Assembly (NCBI RefSeq): GCF_037042905.1
Contig: NC_087263.1
Coordinates: 13,828,001 to 13,892,000 of the forward strand
Origin: Lytechinus pictus
Taxonomy: Eukaryota
DNA: 64,000 nucleotides
Reading direction: 5' to 3'
The notes beneath the pieces are model-generated. The model was given only the letters and a program-made list of their open reading frames with translations. It made no database searches and was not told where the DNA came from. The stretch's first letter is position 1. Each line of letters begins with the position of its first letter. Positions 1-12,037 of this stretch are shown here, piece after piece. The translations under genes were made by a program, and so were the position numbers.

Positions 1-1
1 C

Positions 2-196
2 CATTCTCTTTCCGATTCCAACAATCACAATATCGCCCAGCGGGAATCACAAGGTACCGTGGTATGCGATCACGCCGAAACCTCGGGATCGCGACAGGAC
101 AAGATGGGTGCTGTTCCCTCGACTCTCCAAGACCAAGCGCAGGCCAGCTCGATCAACGGGCGGGAACGGAAATTAAAGGCGAAAGCAAGTCAATGA
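2..196 (+). CDS. Possible terminal coding exon of an upstream gene (HSLSDSNNHN...RERKLKAKASQ*)
   Basis: GC- and CpG-richer than the flanks, with an open frame from the window edge to TGA at 194-196. No recognisable motif. Confidence 0.3.
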   Translation, partial: HSLSDSNNHNIAQRESQGTVVCDHAETSGSRQDKMGAVPSTLQDQAQASSINGRERKLKAKASQ

Positions 197-1406
197 GGGC
201 AAAGTCACTTCTTCAAAGAATATCTCTCATCACTCTTTCTTTACCTTTAAACAAGAACATGGCTGTTACTACCTGTTGATACTTGATTTCTTCAGTTAAA
301 TCTCCTAAAGTCAATTAAAGTGCGGCGTCTGCTGCATGCTTGCGCTTTCATAACATGGTACATACCGATACCGTATTGTGTTATGGAACGCTTGCTGAGC
401 TGTGTACCGGTACTTTTTTTTTTGGGGGGGGGGGGATATAACAGGGGAGGGGGTGCAGGGGGTGAAGCATCCCCAAGTTTTTCCCAGGGGGTGCTGAGTG
501 TATTATTTTCCATAGGTAGCACCCCCTGCTATTCTGGTAGGTGTGTCAAACGGTGTCAAATTGGAGAAATGAAAAATGTTTGGAAAAATCACCAACCAAT
601 TAAGATTTAGTGTTGAAACCTTTTTTTCGGGGGGGGGGGGGCTTGTCAAATTTCTTTGGACCAAAATGACCTTCATTTTCTGGTGAAAATTTTCCGTTAA
701 AATTTACTTCAGCACCCCTAGCAAAAAAAATAATTCCCATGAGGGCCCTGGAGTGTCCTCCAAGCCCCCCCCCCCCCCCCCCCTTACGTCCAAGGTCTAT
801 ATAGGGAAGTGCACCCTGACGAAAAGTTGGTTTTAACAATAGCAGAATAATCAGAAAAAAATATCAATGAAACTTTGATGAAAGTTGATCATGACTTAGG
901 GGATCAATTGCAAAATATTATGTTGCAATTTTACAATTGATTGATACATTTTAATTGTAGCAAATCAGATTACACTACTTGTCTGAATAAGTAGATTAGA
1001 AGTCAATCGCAAATTTGCAATTAATTTCAAAACTTATATGAATGATTTATAGGGACCGTAATAGACTTGCAATATGGATCGCAAGTTTCTTGCAACGCCC
1101 CATAAAGTTTGTAATTTGTGACGTCGCAACTCCCACAAATTATATCATGTACGGTAATATGAATTCCATAAATTCATTTTTTTTTTCAATGGAACATGAT
1201 GAATGAAAATTAGAGGGTATGATGTTTTTGGTGATATGTCTCCACTTTCAATTCTTTGGGAAAATGACATTTTGTTTAATTCTTACATTATCCTCGTCTT
1301 TGACGTCATACTTCTTTTTTTTTTTATCATAACACGTACGTACGTTATTCGTAGAGGGATTTTAATCATAGGCTCATTAATATCTTTCTCTTCCTTTTTT
1401 TTTTCT

Positions 1407-1801
1407 TTAAAGGTCAAGTCCACCTCAGAAAATTGTTGATTTGAATTGATTAAGAAAAATCAAGCAAGCTAAAAATTTCATCAAAATCAGATGTAAAATA
1501 AGAAAGTTATGACAGTTTTCAATGTCGCTTATTTTTCACAAAACAGTTATATGCACAACACAGCAATATACAAATGAGAGAGTCGATGATGTCCCTCACT
1601 CACTATTTCATTTGTTTTTATTGTTTGAAAATTAATATACAATATTTAAATTTTTACAGAATTGACAATAAGGACCAATATAACGTAATAAAATAATGGT
1701 GATTCCACACGTTGCAGGGAGGAATAAAATTTTGTTTCACATGAAAATGATGAGGGGAAATTATTATTTTTATTTTATATAATAAAATACAAAAGAAATA
1801 G
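1407..1801. mobile_element. Left part of a TTAA-flanked MITE (TTAAAGGTCAAGTCCACC family), interrupted by a LINE; resumes at about 5600
   Basis: Colinear with the intact copy at 10046-10657 up to 'tacaaaagaaatag'. The next family segment 'gtgacgtcatcagtct' reappears at about 5603. Confidence 0.75.
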
Positions 1802-2956
1802 ACCTTGTGAATGGTTCAGGAGTTACCTCACTGATAGGACCCAATTTGTATCAGTAAATAATTGCGATTCGACTACTTTTCCAATTACTTGCGATGTCCC
1901 ACAGGGTAGCCTACTAGGCCCACTTCTTGTTATTACTTACATCAATGATATTAAAAATACATCAAATTTACTTTCATTTATACTTTTTGCTGACGACTCC
2001 AATATTTTCTTTTCCCATGATGATATTAACCAACTCGTTAGAATCGTAAATTTTGAACTAACAAATGTTACAGATTGGATCAAGGCCAACAAACTTTCGC
2101 TTAATCACCAAAAGACAATCTACATGCTTTTCAGCAGTGGCGTAGACATGTTCGTACACCTGGGGGGGATGACTGGGCTGCCAACGCTAGTGAGGGCGCG
2201 AAGCGGCCGAGCGAGGGAGCGAAGCGACCGAGCGGGGGGAGGGTGTGGGAGGGGGGTGTCTCCCCTCCCACGGTAGGGAGCTTTTGCAATTTTGAACTTG
2301 AAATCGTGCAATCTGATGCATACTTAATGAGGTAAAATAACACACACAAGCGCGCACGCACACACACACATACTCACACACACACACACACACACACGGG
2401 TGCGCGCACCACACACATACTACGCCTTGAATGGACAGACATACATCGACAAGATCTACACACCGTGGCATGCGCATACGAATACAGAATGGACTGACAC
2501 ATAGTATTGCATATTGAACCACACTACGTATTTATTTATCTCTGTGAATTTTGCTGTTATTCCTCTTCAGAAAAAAACCAATGTCAACTGTGTACACGCA
2601 GGTATAGTCTTTGTTGTCTTGATATGGGTATGTGGTTATGAATGAAAACAGCCTCTGTGGCCATTTGTGAATAGAACACATAAACAACAAACAAATAACA
2701 ATATGTCTGTTCATTATAAAGCATAATGAATACGTACATACTATGCTTTTTTTTACCTCAAAGAAACAGGCATAGTATCCATAGATGGATATTGGCTGGC
2801 GGCTCATTAACATACAGATACAAAAAACATAAACAGTATCACTATCCATGGAGTAACAATACTGCTCTGTAAGTTTGTGAAGAAATCGGAACCATAACGG
2901 CATTGCATCGTTTCAAATTAGGGCATTATTTACTTCTATTTGATCTCAGTCTTATA

Positions 2957-3029
<73 letters not shown>

Positions 3030-5600
3030 AAATAAAAAATAATACTAATACAAATAATAATGCTAATACTAATAGGTTCCTTTTATCTCGCATTTCAAGA
3101 CAGGGTAAATTCACACTGCGCTTTACATGAAACAAACTTCTTTAAACATTTCAAACTTATGTCTTCATGCATCAATCAACATACTTTAAATGAATACAAA
3201 ACAAAGTGCATCTTAAATAAAACAAAAATAAATAAATAGTTAACAATACAGAAAAGATGTAGCTGCTGCAAGCTTAACAACAAACTAATGTATACCAGTC
3301 AGTCCTGATATCAGTATTAGTGTAACAATAGTCATATAGTGGGAGCATGAAGTTGAACAATTCATGATTATACATAATTATATATGTTTGTTTGAATAAT
3401 ACTTGTTATAAAGATAGTAGTATGGTACTCTCTGTCACGAATTATTATGTATACTGTTGTATCACATTCATTTTCTATTCTGTTTTAGATTGCGCTGATG
3501 CATTTTGCACACAATGTATAATGCCTATAACACGAGTGGGCCAGACCACACATGTATTTCAATAAAAACCGACTTGAGAAAATAACGTGTATATAAATAT
3601 ATAAATAAATAAATAAATAAATGCATATAATGTATATATATATGTATAAATATCATATACCTGTAATATAATCTGATATAAACTAATAAATAAATAAATA
3701 AATATAATACATATCATATATGAGAAGGTATTGCTAGTACTCGGTTCGTGCCTGAAAAGTAGTCTCGATGAAAAGAAAAAAGTTGTTGCTTCATTCCCAT
3801 ACCAAAAACAGCTTGATTACCAGTTGCTAATCAGATAATAGAGACATGCGGTAAGTTGGTAAACTTACTTAAGGAGCATTCATGGCTCAACAAACAAACA
3901 TATCGGTCTCTTAGTCAGTTTTACTTTTGTAGTCTTGCAAATTTGTGTCTTAGAAACCAAATATCTTGCGCCTCTTTTCGTTCCTGCCCAGTAAATACTT
4001 GTAAGATTTTCTTTTTTTTTACCGTCTGAATAGGCTTTCACCGTGTGAATGCGGCTAATAACAATAAACACAATTACAATAATGATGAGGATTATTATTA
4101 TCATCATCATAATTATTATTATTATTAATATTATAATTGTTATCATTATTATTATTATTACTATTATCATCATTATGACTTATTGAGTAACCAAATATCA
4201 TTCCCCAAAACCTGGGGGGGATGATTGTACATGCCATCCCCCCCACCTTGTGAGGTGGGGGGGATGCATCCCCCTCATCCCCCCCGTTGTCTACGCCCCT
4301 GCTTTTCAGTAATACTAAATCAATACTCTACCTGACAGTATTTTCTTTGATAATTTCGTTCTTAATAATATTTCCACTACCAGGTTCTTGGGTGTCCTTA
4401 TTGACGACAAATTATCCTGGAAGCCTCATATCGATAGTATATGTAAAACAATTTCTAGAAACATTGGAATTATTAATAAACTCAAATATTTTCTCCCTTC
4501 CCGCACTTTGTTAACATTATATTACACCCTTATTCTACCATATATTAATTATGGAATTATTGCCTGGGGATGTGCAATACAAACACAACTAAATAGAATA
4601 TTACTTCTCCAGAAAAAAGCTCTAAGAATAATTTTTCAAACACACTTTAAATCACATACTGACATCTTATTTTTTGAAAATAACATTCTTAAAGTAAGTG
4701 ACATATATCTTTTCGAACTTAGTCAATTTATGTTCAAATTAAGCAAGGACGACCTTCCCGCCATTTTCTCTAATATGTTCCGTAAAAATACATCCGTACA
4801 CTGCTACCCAACAAGGCAACGATAATATTATCATCTCCCTTTAACAAGAACTTTATTTGCAAAGAATTCATTTGTCTTCTCTGGGCCTGCCTACTGGAAC
4901 TCTCTGCCTCAAGATTTCAAAGAATCCCCCAATGTAAATATTTTTAAACGCAAACTGAAAAAAAATGTTAATTCTGCAATACTCGTCGCAAACAGGTCAA
5001 GCTGAATAACAAATTTAATTATACTCGACTTTTGTGTATATGCGTATTATATGCGCTCATACATAGTCATGTATATTATTCGTTTAATTATTTTCTTCTT
5101 AAAATTGCAATTAGCCAAAGTACCTGCTCCTGCTGCCCGCCTTCTTCTTTCTTTCTACTTAGTGTACTGCACTCCTCTGTCCATCCTGTCTCCACCCTCA
5201 CCCCCTCTCTTATACTATTGTAAAACGTAATTTTTTTCTCACACGATCCATCAGTTACGTTTTTGTCAAGTGCACAAAAATTGTTTGTATTTATTTTTAA
5301 ACAAATTTATTATTAAGACCCAATATTTATTTGTTGTAATTTTGTAATGTAACTAAGATAGGGGCTTGTCTCTTGTACAAGCTTTGCTTTTTTTCGGCAA
5401 GTCCCTCCGTTTTACTTTTAAATACAAATGTCATTTGAGATATCTTTATTTACTGAATTGTGTTCCTTAAATCTATGATTATGTTATATATATTATATTT
5501 TGTCTTGTAGTATTTTTGAACTTGTTATGTTATGTTTATCATATTATGTACAATTGTGAAACGGAAATAAATAAATCAAATCAAATCAAATCAAAATCAA
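1802..5600 (+). mobile_element. 5'-truncated, decayed CR1/L2-group LINE (RT C-terminal part, 3' UTR and AAATC tail), split by a hAT-type insertion
   Basis: 1812-2134 translates to WFRSYLTDRTQFV..VPQGSLLGPLL..YINDI..ILFADDSNIF..WIKANKLSLN. It continues after 4310 with FLGVLIDDKLSWKPHI..LYYTLILPYINYGIIAWG..LLLQKKALRII, with frameshifts and stops. Tail aataaa(aaatc)n at about 5566-5600. Confidence 0.9.
2135..4301. mobile_element. Non-autonomous hAT-like DNA element, 2.17 kb
   Basis: TIRs CAGTGGCGTAGACA / TGTCTACGCCCCTG. Perfect 8-bp TSD CTTTTCAG at 2127-2134 and 4302-4309. Removing it rejoins the LINE sequence YMLFS|NTK. Confidence 0.9.
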
Positions 5601-6531
5601 TTGGTGACGTCATCAGTCTGCAAATTTACATACCGACCAGGATGCTGCATATAGGCATATAGATATACATACTAGTTAATTAGTTTATATCTCTATGATG
5701 TAGGCCCAACTGTTATAAGCGAAACGTTAAATATATGATTTCTCTTCATTGATCCGATATGGTGAACTTCCCCTTTTATTTCAAAAGCCGAGAACCACGC
5801 CCACTAATTCCTAGTATCCTAGTCTGCAAGCTCAGATTCATATTTGATATTTAATCATGCAGGTATCCTATGTCTGGAGTAAAGACTAGATGCCAAACTC
5901 TCTTTCTGTGTCAAATCATGGACCTATTTCGTAATAGGTCCATGATTTCAGGGAATATTTGCCAAGAGTATCGGTTTGTTTCCAATACTTGTTAAGGGTA
6001 GGGTTTCACACGCCAATACTTGTTAAGGGGTGCATTTTCAGAATATGGAAATTACGTGTTTAGGGTGCTTTTCGAGACCCCATGGTCGCGCATGGTATCC
6101 ACTCGTGAATGGAAGTGGCCCCCCGGGGGTCAAGAGCCAGCCACAGTATAATTATAGTCTCAGGTTTCAGACTCTCCATATTATGCAGTTATGCAATTCA
6201 ATTGCGAAAACCATTAAGGGTCTGTTACTGCAGACTACACTTATCCAGGGCAGAGGCCTATTCATTTCCAGGGGCCTAGCGAGACATACACATAAAACAA
6301 ACAGATAACGGGGGAAGAAAAACAAACCTAAATTTCCACCATGTGACTATAGATCGTGTCATAGATCAACGAGATAAACAACTTTATCAATGTACGGTAC
6401 AATGGAGTACAATGTTTCACGCTGTTTCGATTTTCAGGTGACCTATGTGGTATAGCATAGCAGCATTATACACTAGCAAGCATATATAATTCTTCGGTTA
6501 ATATCATCTATCATTCGACACAATTTCGAGT

Positions 6532-6556
6532 ATGACTTCGTCGATTTCATCAAAAA
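6532..6556 (+). CDS. phnX: phnX putative exon 1 (MTSSISSK, phase 1)
   Basis: ATG at 6532 and donor A|gtatgt at 6557. The phase fits exon 2. An alternative start is the ATG at 7613. Confidence 0.55.
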
Positions 6557-6658
6557 GTATGTGGTAAAATTATATTACTTGGATTGTTTTCAGTCGATCT
6601 GTAGCTTACGTGGGATTTTCAAGTGGTTATGTGCATGACTGTGCAAAGTTAATATATA

Positions 6659-6694
<36 letters not shown>

Positions 6695-8183
6695 AATATA
6701 TATCTAAGTTGTTTATGAGCAAAGTGGGTCTATGTAAATCATGCATGTTATAGGCTAGATTTAAGAAATAAAAGGGGAAAATGTAGCCATGGATGCGAGA
6801 GTGTCGTATTCTGCAAGCACAGACTCATATTTGATTCTTTAGCCAATTACTAAGTCTATTTCGAGAGAGGAGTATAGACGCCATTCATGTCCTCGATGTG
6901 TCTGCATGTGTAGGCCTACATAATTCATGAATATATATTCTCTCTATACTTCCGATTCTGCATTATAATTGTATGCACTATGCGAATCGTGAAATCAAGG
7001 GTCTGTGCCTGCAGACTATATCTTCCAGGGGTAGCGCCTGGGTAGTTGATAGGGATATATATATGGGGGGGGGGGGGGCAGACAACCTTTAATGCATGGT
7101 GACGCAATTTTTATGTAAAAAATAAAGGTATTATAGTTTTACGACCAAGACATTCATTTTTATGGTCTTTTTTGTCATCCTCTTATTTTCCCAGTTTGTC
7201 CTTTAAAACAAAATCCCTTTCCAAGAAGGTGCGATTTAATTCTAAAATAATTATTCTATTGTAAATTTAGTATCCAATGAGCGGTTTATTTCGGTCTTAT
7301 AATAAACGAATCATGGAATGTGTATTCTCTACAGTGTCGGATCCATGGAGCGTATCCGGTCCGTGCCCCCCCCCCCCCCTCCCCTTTAAATTGCCAGTCA
7401 TAACATGAAAAAATATTTGTAGTGCAAAATGTCGGGCATAATTAAAGTGACATGCAGTCACCTTCTTTCGGTTGTTTGAAAACTGTTTTCTTTTTTGCTT
7501 GTCAGTATCTTAAAAATGCCCCCCCCCCCGACGCCCCGGCCCTCATTGGCAAATACTTGATCCGCCCCTGAATGTCTAACTTTTGATTTTTTCAGTATGG
7601 TCCAACCCATTGATGTCCTATCGCATGGTACATGAGTACCGAGGACCGGTCAAGCTCGTCATCTTCGACTGGGCTGGCACGGTCGTCGACTGCGGTGTCT
7701 TCGCCCCTGTCCAAGCCTTCACCAATGTGTTCGCTCAGGAAGGCATCGACGTACTCGTTGACGAAGTCAGGGCGCCGATGGGAGCGCACAAGAGGGTGAG
7801 CTGGGTCCTGGGCATATATAGGACCTATTGATAACGCAAACTATTAACTAGAAATATATCTCTATATAATTATGGTCCCGGGTGATTATAGGCTAAGGCT
7901 TATCAACTTTCATATTTTTTTCAAACATCTGTTATATATTATTGATAAACAATATTTTTATGTTATTTTTTCATAGTTTTACCAATTAGTCTCATAGTTT
8001 TGTCATTAACATCAATGTTATAGTACCATATTATCCTTTATATATTAAATATTTTCAGATTATAGAAGTATTGATTAGTTGTGGTATACAGTACGTAGGA
8101 ATAGTAGTAGTAGTAGTAGTAGTAGTATAGTAGAAGTAGTAGTAGTAGAAGTAGAAGTAGTAGAAGTAGTAGTAGTAGTAGTA

Positions 8184-8254
<71 letters not shown>

Positions 8255-11200
8255 AAGTAGCCTATATAGTCATCATTGTCATTATCATCATCAGCATCGT
8301 CATCATTTATCATTTATTCATATTTCGATAGGCCCGAACGATCATTGAGACAAAAAAATTCTCTCTTTTTTTTATTTGAAAATTAAATGGAATTGCAACG
8401 TCACAATAGGTACACATATCCCGTATGGTTCAAATGGATCGCATCGCTGCTACTTGGAAGGCGAAGAAAGGGGAAGCCCCTAATGAGGATGATGTTGAAA
8501 GAATGTATCGAAACTTTCTACCTGAACAGATCAAAGCTTTGGAATCGCACGCCAATGTGATAACAGGTATTTTTTCTTCATTTATTTCCAGACGAAAATA
8601 ATGTAAGTATAGAGAGTTAAGAAGATGACGGGAGGGGGTACCAGTATCTTTATCCTCTTTCACTCTTGTTTCGTCTTCTGCCGTTTGGCCCCATTTCGTT
8701 TAAATCCCAGTCAGGTAATATTGTCCTAAAAGTAACTAATTCAGAACGAGTTGTTACTCTACTCCAAGGAAACTATATTGCAGGGATCTGAGTCGAGGCC
8801 GGTAAAATAGGCCTACCGAGCCACGGGGCCGCTGATGGAGAATGCCTTCTCGGCTTCTCCCGTAGACTTTATCGGGCCAATTTAACGCCAAGGCCGGCAA
8901 AGTGTGGCCTCGAGGCCGACCGGCCACGACTACATCCCTGCTATATATATTGATTGTATATCGTTTCTTTCCTTCCACCTAAAACCCAAAGGCATCCCGG
9001 ACACCATCCGTCAACTCCGCGAGGACTACGGGATCCGGATCGGGACATCGACCGGCTTTACGAGCGAGATAATGGAGCATCTCACCCCGAGGGCTGCCCA
9101 GCAGGGATTCGATTCCGAGTTCGTTGCCACGTCGGACTTGGTCAAGGAAGCCAGGCCAACTCCGAGCCTCATCTTTCTGAACATGATCAATTTAAATGTG
9201 CATCCGGTACAAGCTGTGGTGAAGGTGAGGAGGTCATTTCTAAAGGCGACTTCTGAAAAGGCAACTTCGTTTTTCATCATCCAACTGTTTTTTCTTCTAT
9301 TTTTTTAAAGTTAATATTTTAATCATCTTTTTTGCATCCATTCTGCTTATTCCGTATGATTATATATGATTATGTTTAAATTTTTCTTATTCTCAAACAT
9401 TTTTGCTTACAATGACGATCCGTCTTCCGCATTTGAATTTTCTGTTCAACGATGTATATTTCTGAGTTAGCATGTTTAGAGCCTATTGTAAAATTGTCTT
9501 TGTTATATAATAATAGCATACATTGTTATGTACCAAAAATATTAAATCAAATCAAAGATACATTTCGTCATAATGAATGAAGTATCTTGCCAAGTCAACT
9601 TTTCTAAATTCACACGTCAACATTACTTTCTATCAAAAGTCGACTTTGTAAGATAATTCAACGATGTTGCCACGTCATTATATAACTTTATAGATGTCGA
9701 CGACAGGACAACACGTCGCCTATAGCTTGTCAACTTCAACAGTTAGAGAGGCACTTTACGTAAGAATGCTTTCAAGAACATATAAACTGTATATATGTAC
9801 GTCAAATGCCCTTCATTACAATGAGCATCCAAGCAGACTTTGTCGAAAATTAGTCAAACAGCAGTGTCTTCCTGGACTGTGGACAAATTCGACCATTGTA
9901 ATTTTTCGTCATCTTCGAAACTTAGGACGGAACTGTCTTCGACAAAGACCTCCCAGCTGTTCATTGTCATTTGACAAGCATTTTCAATACATTTACTGCA
10001 TTCTTGAATCTATCGTGCGTCGTGTGTAAGCTAAAACTCTCTGTCTTAAAGGTCAAGTCCACCCCAGAAAATTGTTGATTTGAATAAATAGAGAAAAATC
10101 AAAGTACCATAACGCTGAAAATTTCATCAAAATAGGATGTAAAATAAGAAAGTTATGACATTTTAAAGTCTCGCTTATTTTTCACAAAACGGTGATATGC
10201 ACAACTCAGTGACATGCAAATGAGACAGTCGATGATGTCCATCACTCACTATTTCTTTTGTTTTTTATTGTTTGAATTATACAATATTTCATTTTTTTTA
10301 CTGATTTGACAATAAGGACCAACTGGACTGAACCATATAGTATTTAACAATGCTAACTCTACATGATCAGAGAGAAATTGATCGTTTTTCAGTTGACAAT
10401 AAGGAGAAAAATAGAATATTTCATATTTCATATAATAAAATACAAAAGAAATAGTGAGTGGATGACGTCATCAGTCTCCTCATTTGCATATCGACAAGGA
10501 TGTTTATATAACTGTTTTGTTAAATTAAGTGAAACTTTAAAATGCCATAACTTTCTCATTTTACTACCGATTTTGATGAAATTTTCAGTGATATGCTTGT
10601 TGGATTTTTCTCTTTTTATTCAAATCAACTTTTTGGTGGGGTGGACTTGTCCTTTAATAAGATGGTTCTTTAAAGCTAAAATTCCGTATACCACAAGGAA
10701 AGTAAAGTCGTAACCCCCGTATCTTATACCCTTATCCTTACATAATTCAGGTTGACGACACAATTACTGGTATCACTGCGGGACTTGCCGCCGGTTGCTG
10801 GACAGTCGGCGTAGCCAGAACTGTACGTTATAATGACAAATCCACCTATTTTCATGATGATGGTGATTATGCTTATGATGATGATGATGATGATGGTGAC
10901 GTGACTACGATAATGATGATGATGGTGATGATGGTGACGTGACTATACGATAATAACTACAATGATGACGATGATGATAATGATGATGATGAGATGATAA
11001 TGATAAAAAAGCTGGTGGTGATGATAAAATATGATGATGATGAAAATAAAGATGATGATTATAAGAGTACGATGATGACGACGACGATGATGATAATGAT
11101 GCAATTGGTATTCAAAATCTCAAATCATCTTATTTTCGTTTCCATTTCAGCATTTGTTTGTGAAATTGTTAATGATAAATCTTTTTTATACTCTTTTTGA

Positions 11201-12037
11201 TGGGAATAATTATGTTTTAAAGCAATATGTAACATATTTAATTATGATAATTAAAAAGTTTATGCTAATGATTATGACCTTGATGATGAAAATACCCCCC
11301 CCCCCCCAATAAAAAAAAAGAGAGAGAGAGAGAGATAAACACGCGAACTCCCGTCTATCCACCATTTCCTTCCCCTATAGCTCTCCTGCGGCACCAACCC
11401 CCCTCCCCTTCTCTCTCCTCTCGCTTTATCTATCCACTTAACTATCTCCATTGCACCAAGGGAGCCGAGACTGGTTTGAGCTTGGGGGTGCACATCTTGA
11501 GGAGGTAGCACTAAAGTTTGGAAATCAGCTGTTGAAAGCAAAAGAAAAAGGGGCGCAAATTTTGTTTCGGTTGCCAGTGTCGGAACTCCTCTGCCTCATG
11601 AGCGGTATGCTGCACATTCAAGCAGTGCACACCCCCCCCCCCCCGAGCTTACGTCCTTGTGCACCCTTTCTCTCATTCCTGTAGCCCAGCTCCCCCCCCC
11701 CCTCTACCTCTTTCTCTCTCGCTCGCTCGTTCACACACAAATCCTCTCACAAACGCACACCCTACATGCAAAAAATGACTCACACCTGATTTAACATTAA
11801 AACGGTTTATTCTTATATTATCAATATTATTATCGGACCTCTTTTTAGGGCAACTACATGAGTGCTACCGAAGATGAATTATCCAACATGGACAAAGGCA
11901 TCCACGACCAAAGATTGAAGAAAGCTTACAAAATTCTCATCGACAGCGGAGCCCATTACGTCATCGATTCCGTCAATGACATCGTGCCGGTGATCAATGA
12001 CATCAACCGGCGTTTGGCCCTTGGTGAAAAACCATGA
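6532..12037 (+). CDS. phnX: Phosphonoacetaldehyde hydrolase (phosphonatase, HAD superfamily), 6 exons, 291 aa: join(6532..6556,7596..7795,8410..8566,8992..9224,10751..10822,11849..12037)
   Basis: All introns are GT-AG and the phases match (1,0,1,0,0). Motifs: VIFDWAGTVVDCG..AP (motif I with the phosphonatase-type DxA), RAPMGAHKRVHI (Schiff-base Lys loop), GTSTGF, ARPTP, VVKVDDT..G..AGCWTVGV, and C-terminal GAHYVIDS..INRRLALGEKP*. Confidence 0.93.
7332..7570. mobile_element. Short hAT-like MITE (CAGTG-CGGATCC...GATCCGCCCCTG)
   Basis: Degenerate TIRs and degenerate 8-bp flanks attctcta/aatgtcta. Same family as 30797-31066. Confidence 0.6.
7596..7795 (+). CDS. phnX: phnX exon 2 (DWAGT...PMGAHKR)
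   Basis: ttttttcag acceptor, AGG|gtgag donor, HAD motif I and the catalytic Lys. Confidence 0.93.
8100..8255. repeat. (TAG)n microsatellite
   Basis: Seen directly. Confidence 0.95.
8410..8566 (+). CDS. phnX: phnX exon 3 (VHISRMVQ...DVERMYRNF...VITG)
   Basis: aatag acceptor and G|gtatt donor. Cap-domain sequence typical of PhnX. Confidence 0.9.
8781..8940. mobile_element. 160-bp hAT-like MITE in phnX intron 3
   Basis: Termini CAGGGAT..AGTCG.GGCCGG / CCGGCCACGACTACATCCCTG. Flanks ctatattg/ctatatat. Confidence 0.6.
8992..9224 (+). CDS. phnX: phnX exon 4 (IPDTIRQLRE..GTSTGF..ARPTP..AVVK)
   Basis: aag acceptor and AAG|gtgag donor. HAD motifs II and III. Confidence 0.92.
10046..10657. mobile_element. 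Intact TTAA-flanked MITE (Kolobok/T2-like termini)
   Basis: TTAA|AGGTCAAGTCCACCCC ... GGGGTGGACTTGTCCT|TTAA with long imperfect internal inverted repeats. Confidence 0.85.
10751..10822 (+). CDS. phnX: phnX exon 5 (VDDTITGITAGLAAGCWTVGVART)
   Basis: ttcag acceptor and gtacgt donor. HAD motif IV. Confidence 0.92.
10855..11101. repeat. Degenerate (GAT)n microsatellite
   Basis: Seen directly. Confidence 0.9.
11849..12037 (+). CDS. phnX: phnX exon 6 (GNYMS...GAHYVIDSV...RLALGEKP*)
   Basis: tttttag acceptor, typical PhnX C-terminus, TGA at 12035-12037. Confidence 0.92.
   Translation, partial: GNYMSATEDELSNMDKGIHDQRLKKAYKILIDSGAHYVIDSVNDIVPVINDINRRLALGEKP

Noticed and set aside
4388..4825. 145-aa ORF as a host gene or active RT
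   Set aside because: Fragment of a truncated, frameshifted and interrupted LINE.
7596..12037. Bacterial contamination as the source of phnX
   Set aside because: The coding sequence is split by canonical spliceosomal introns that contain host repeat families.
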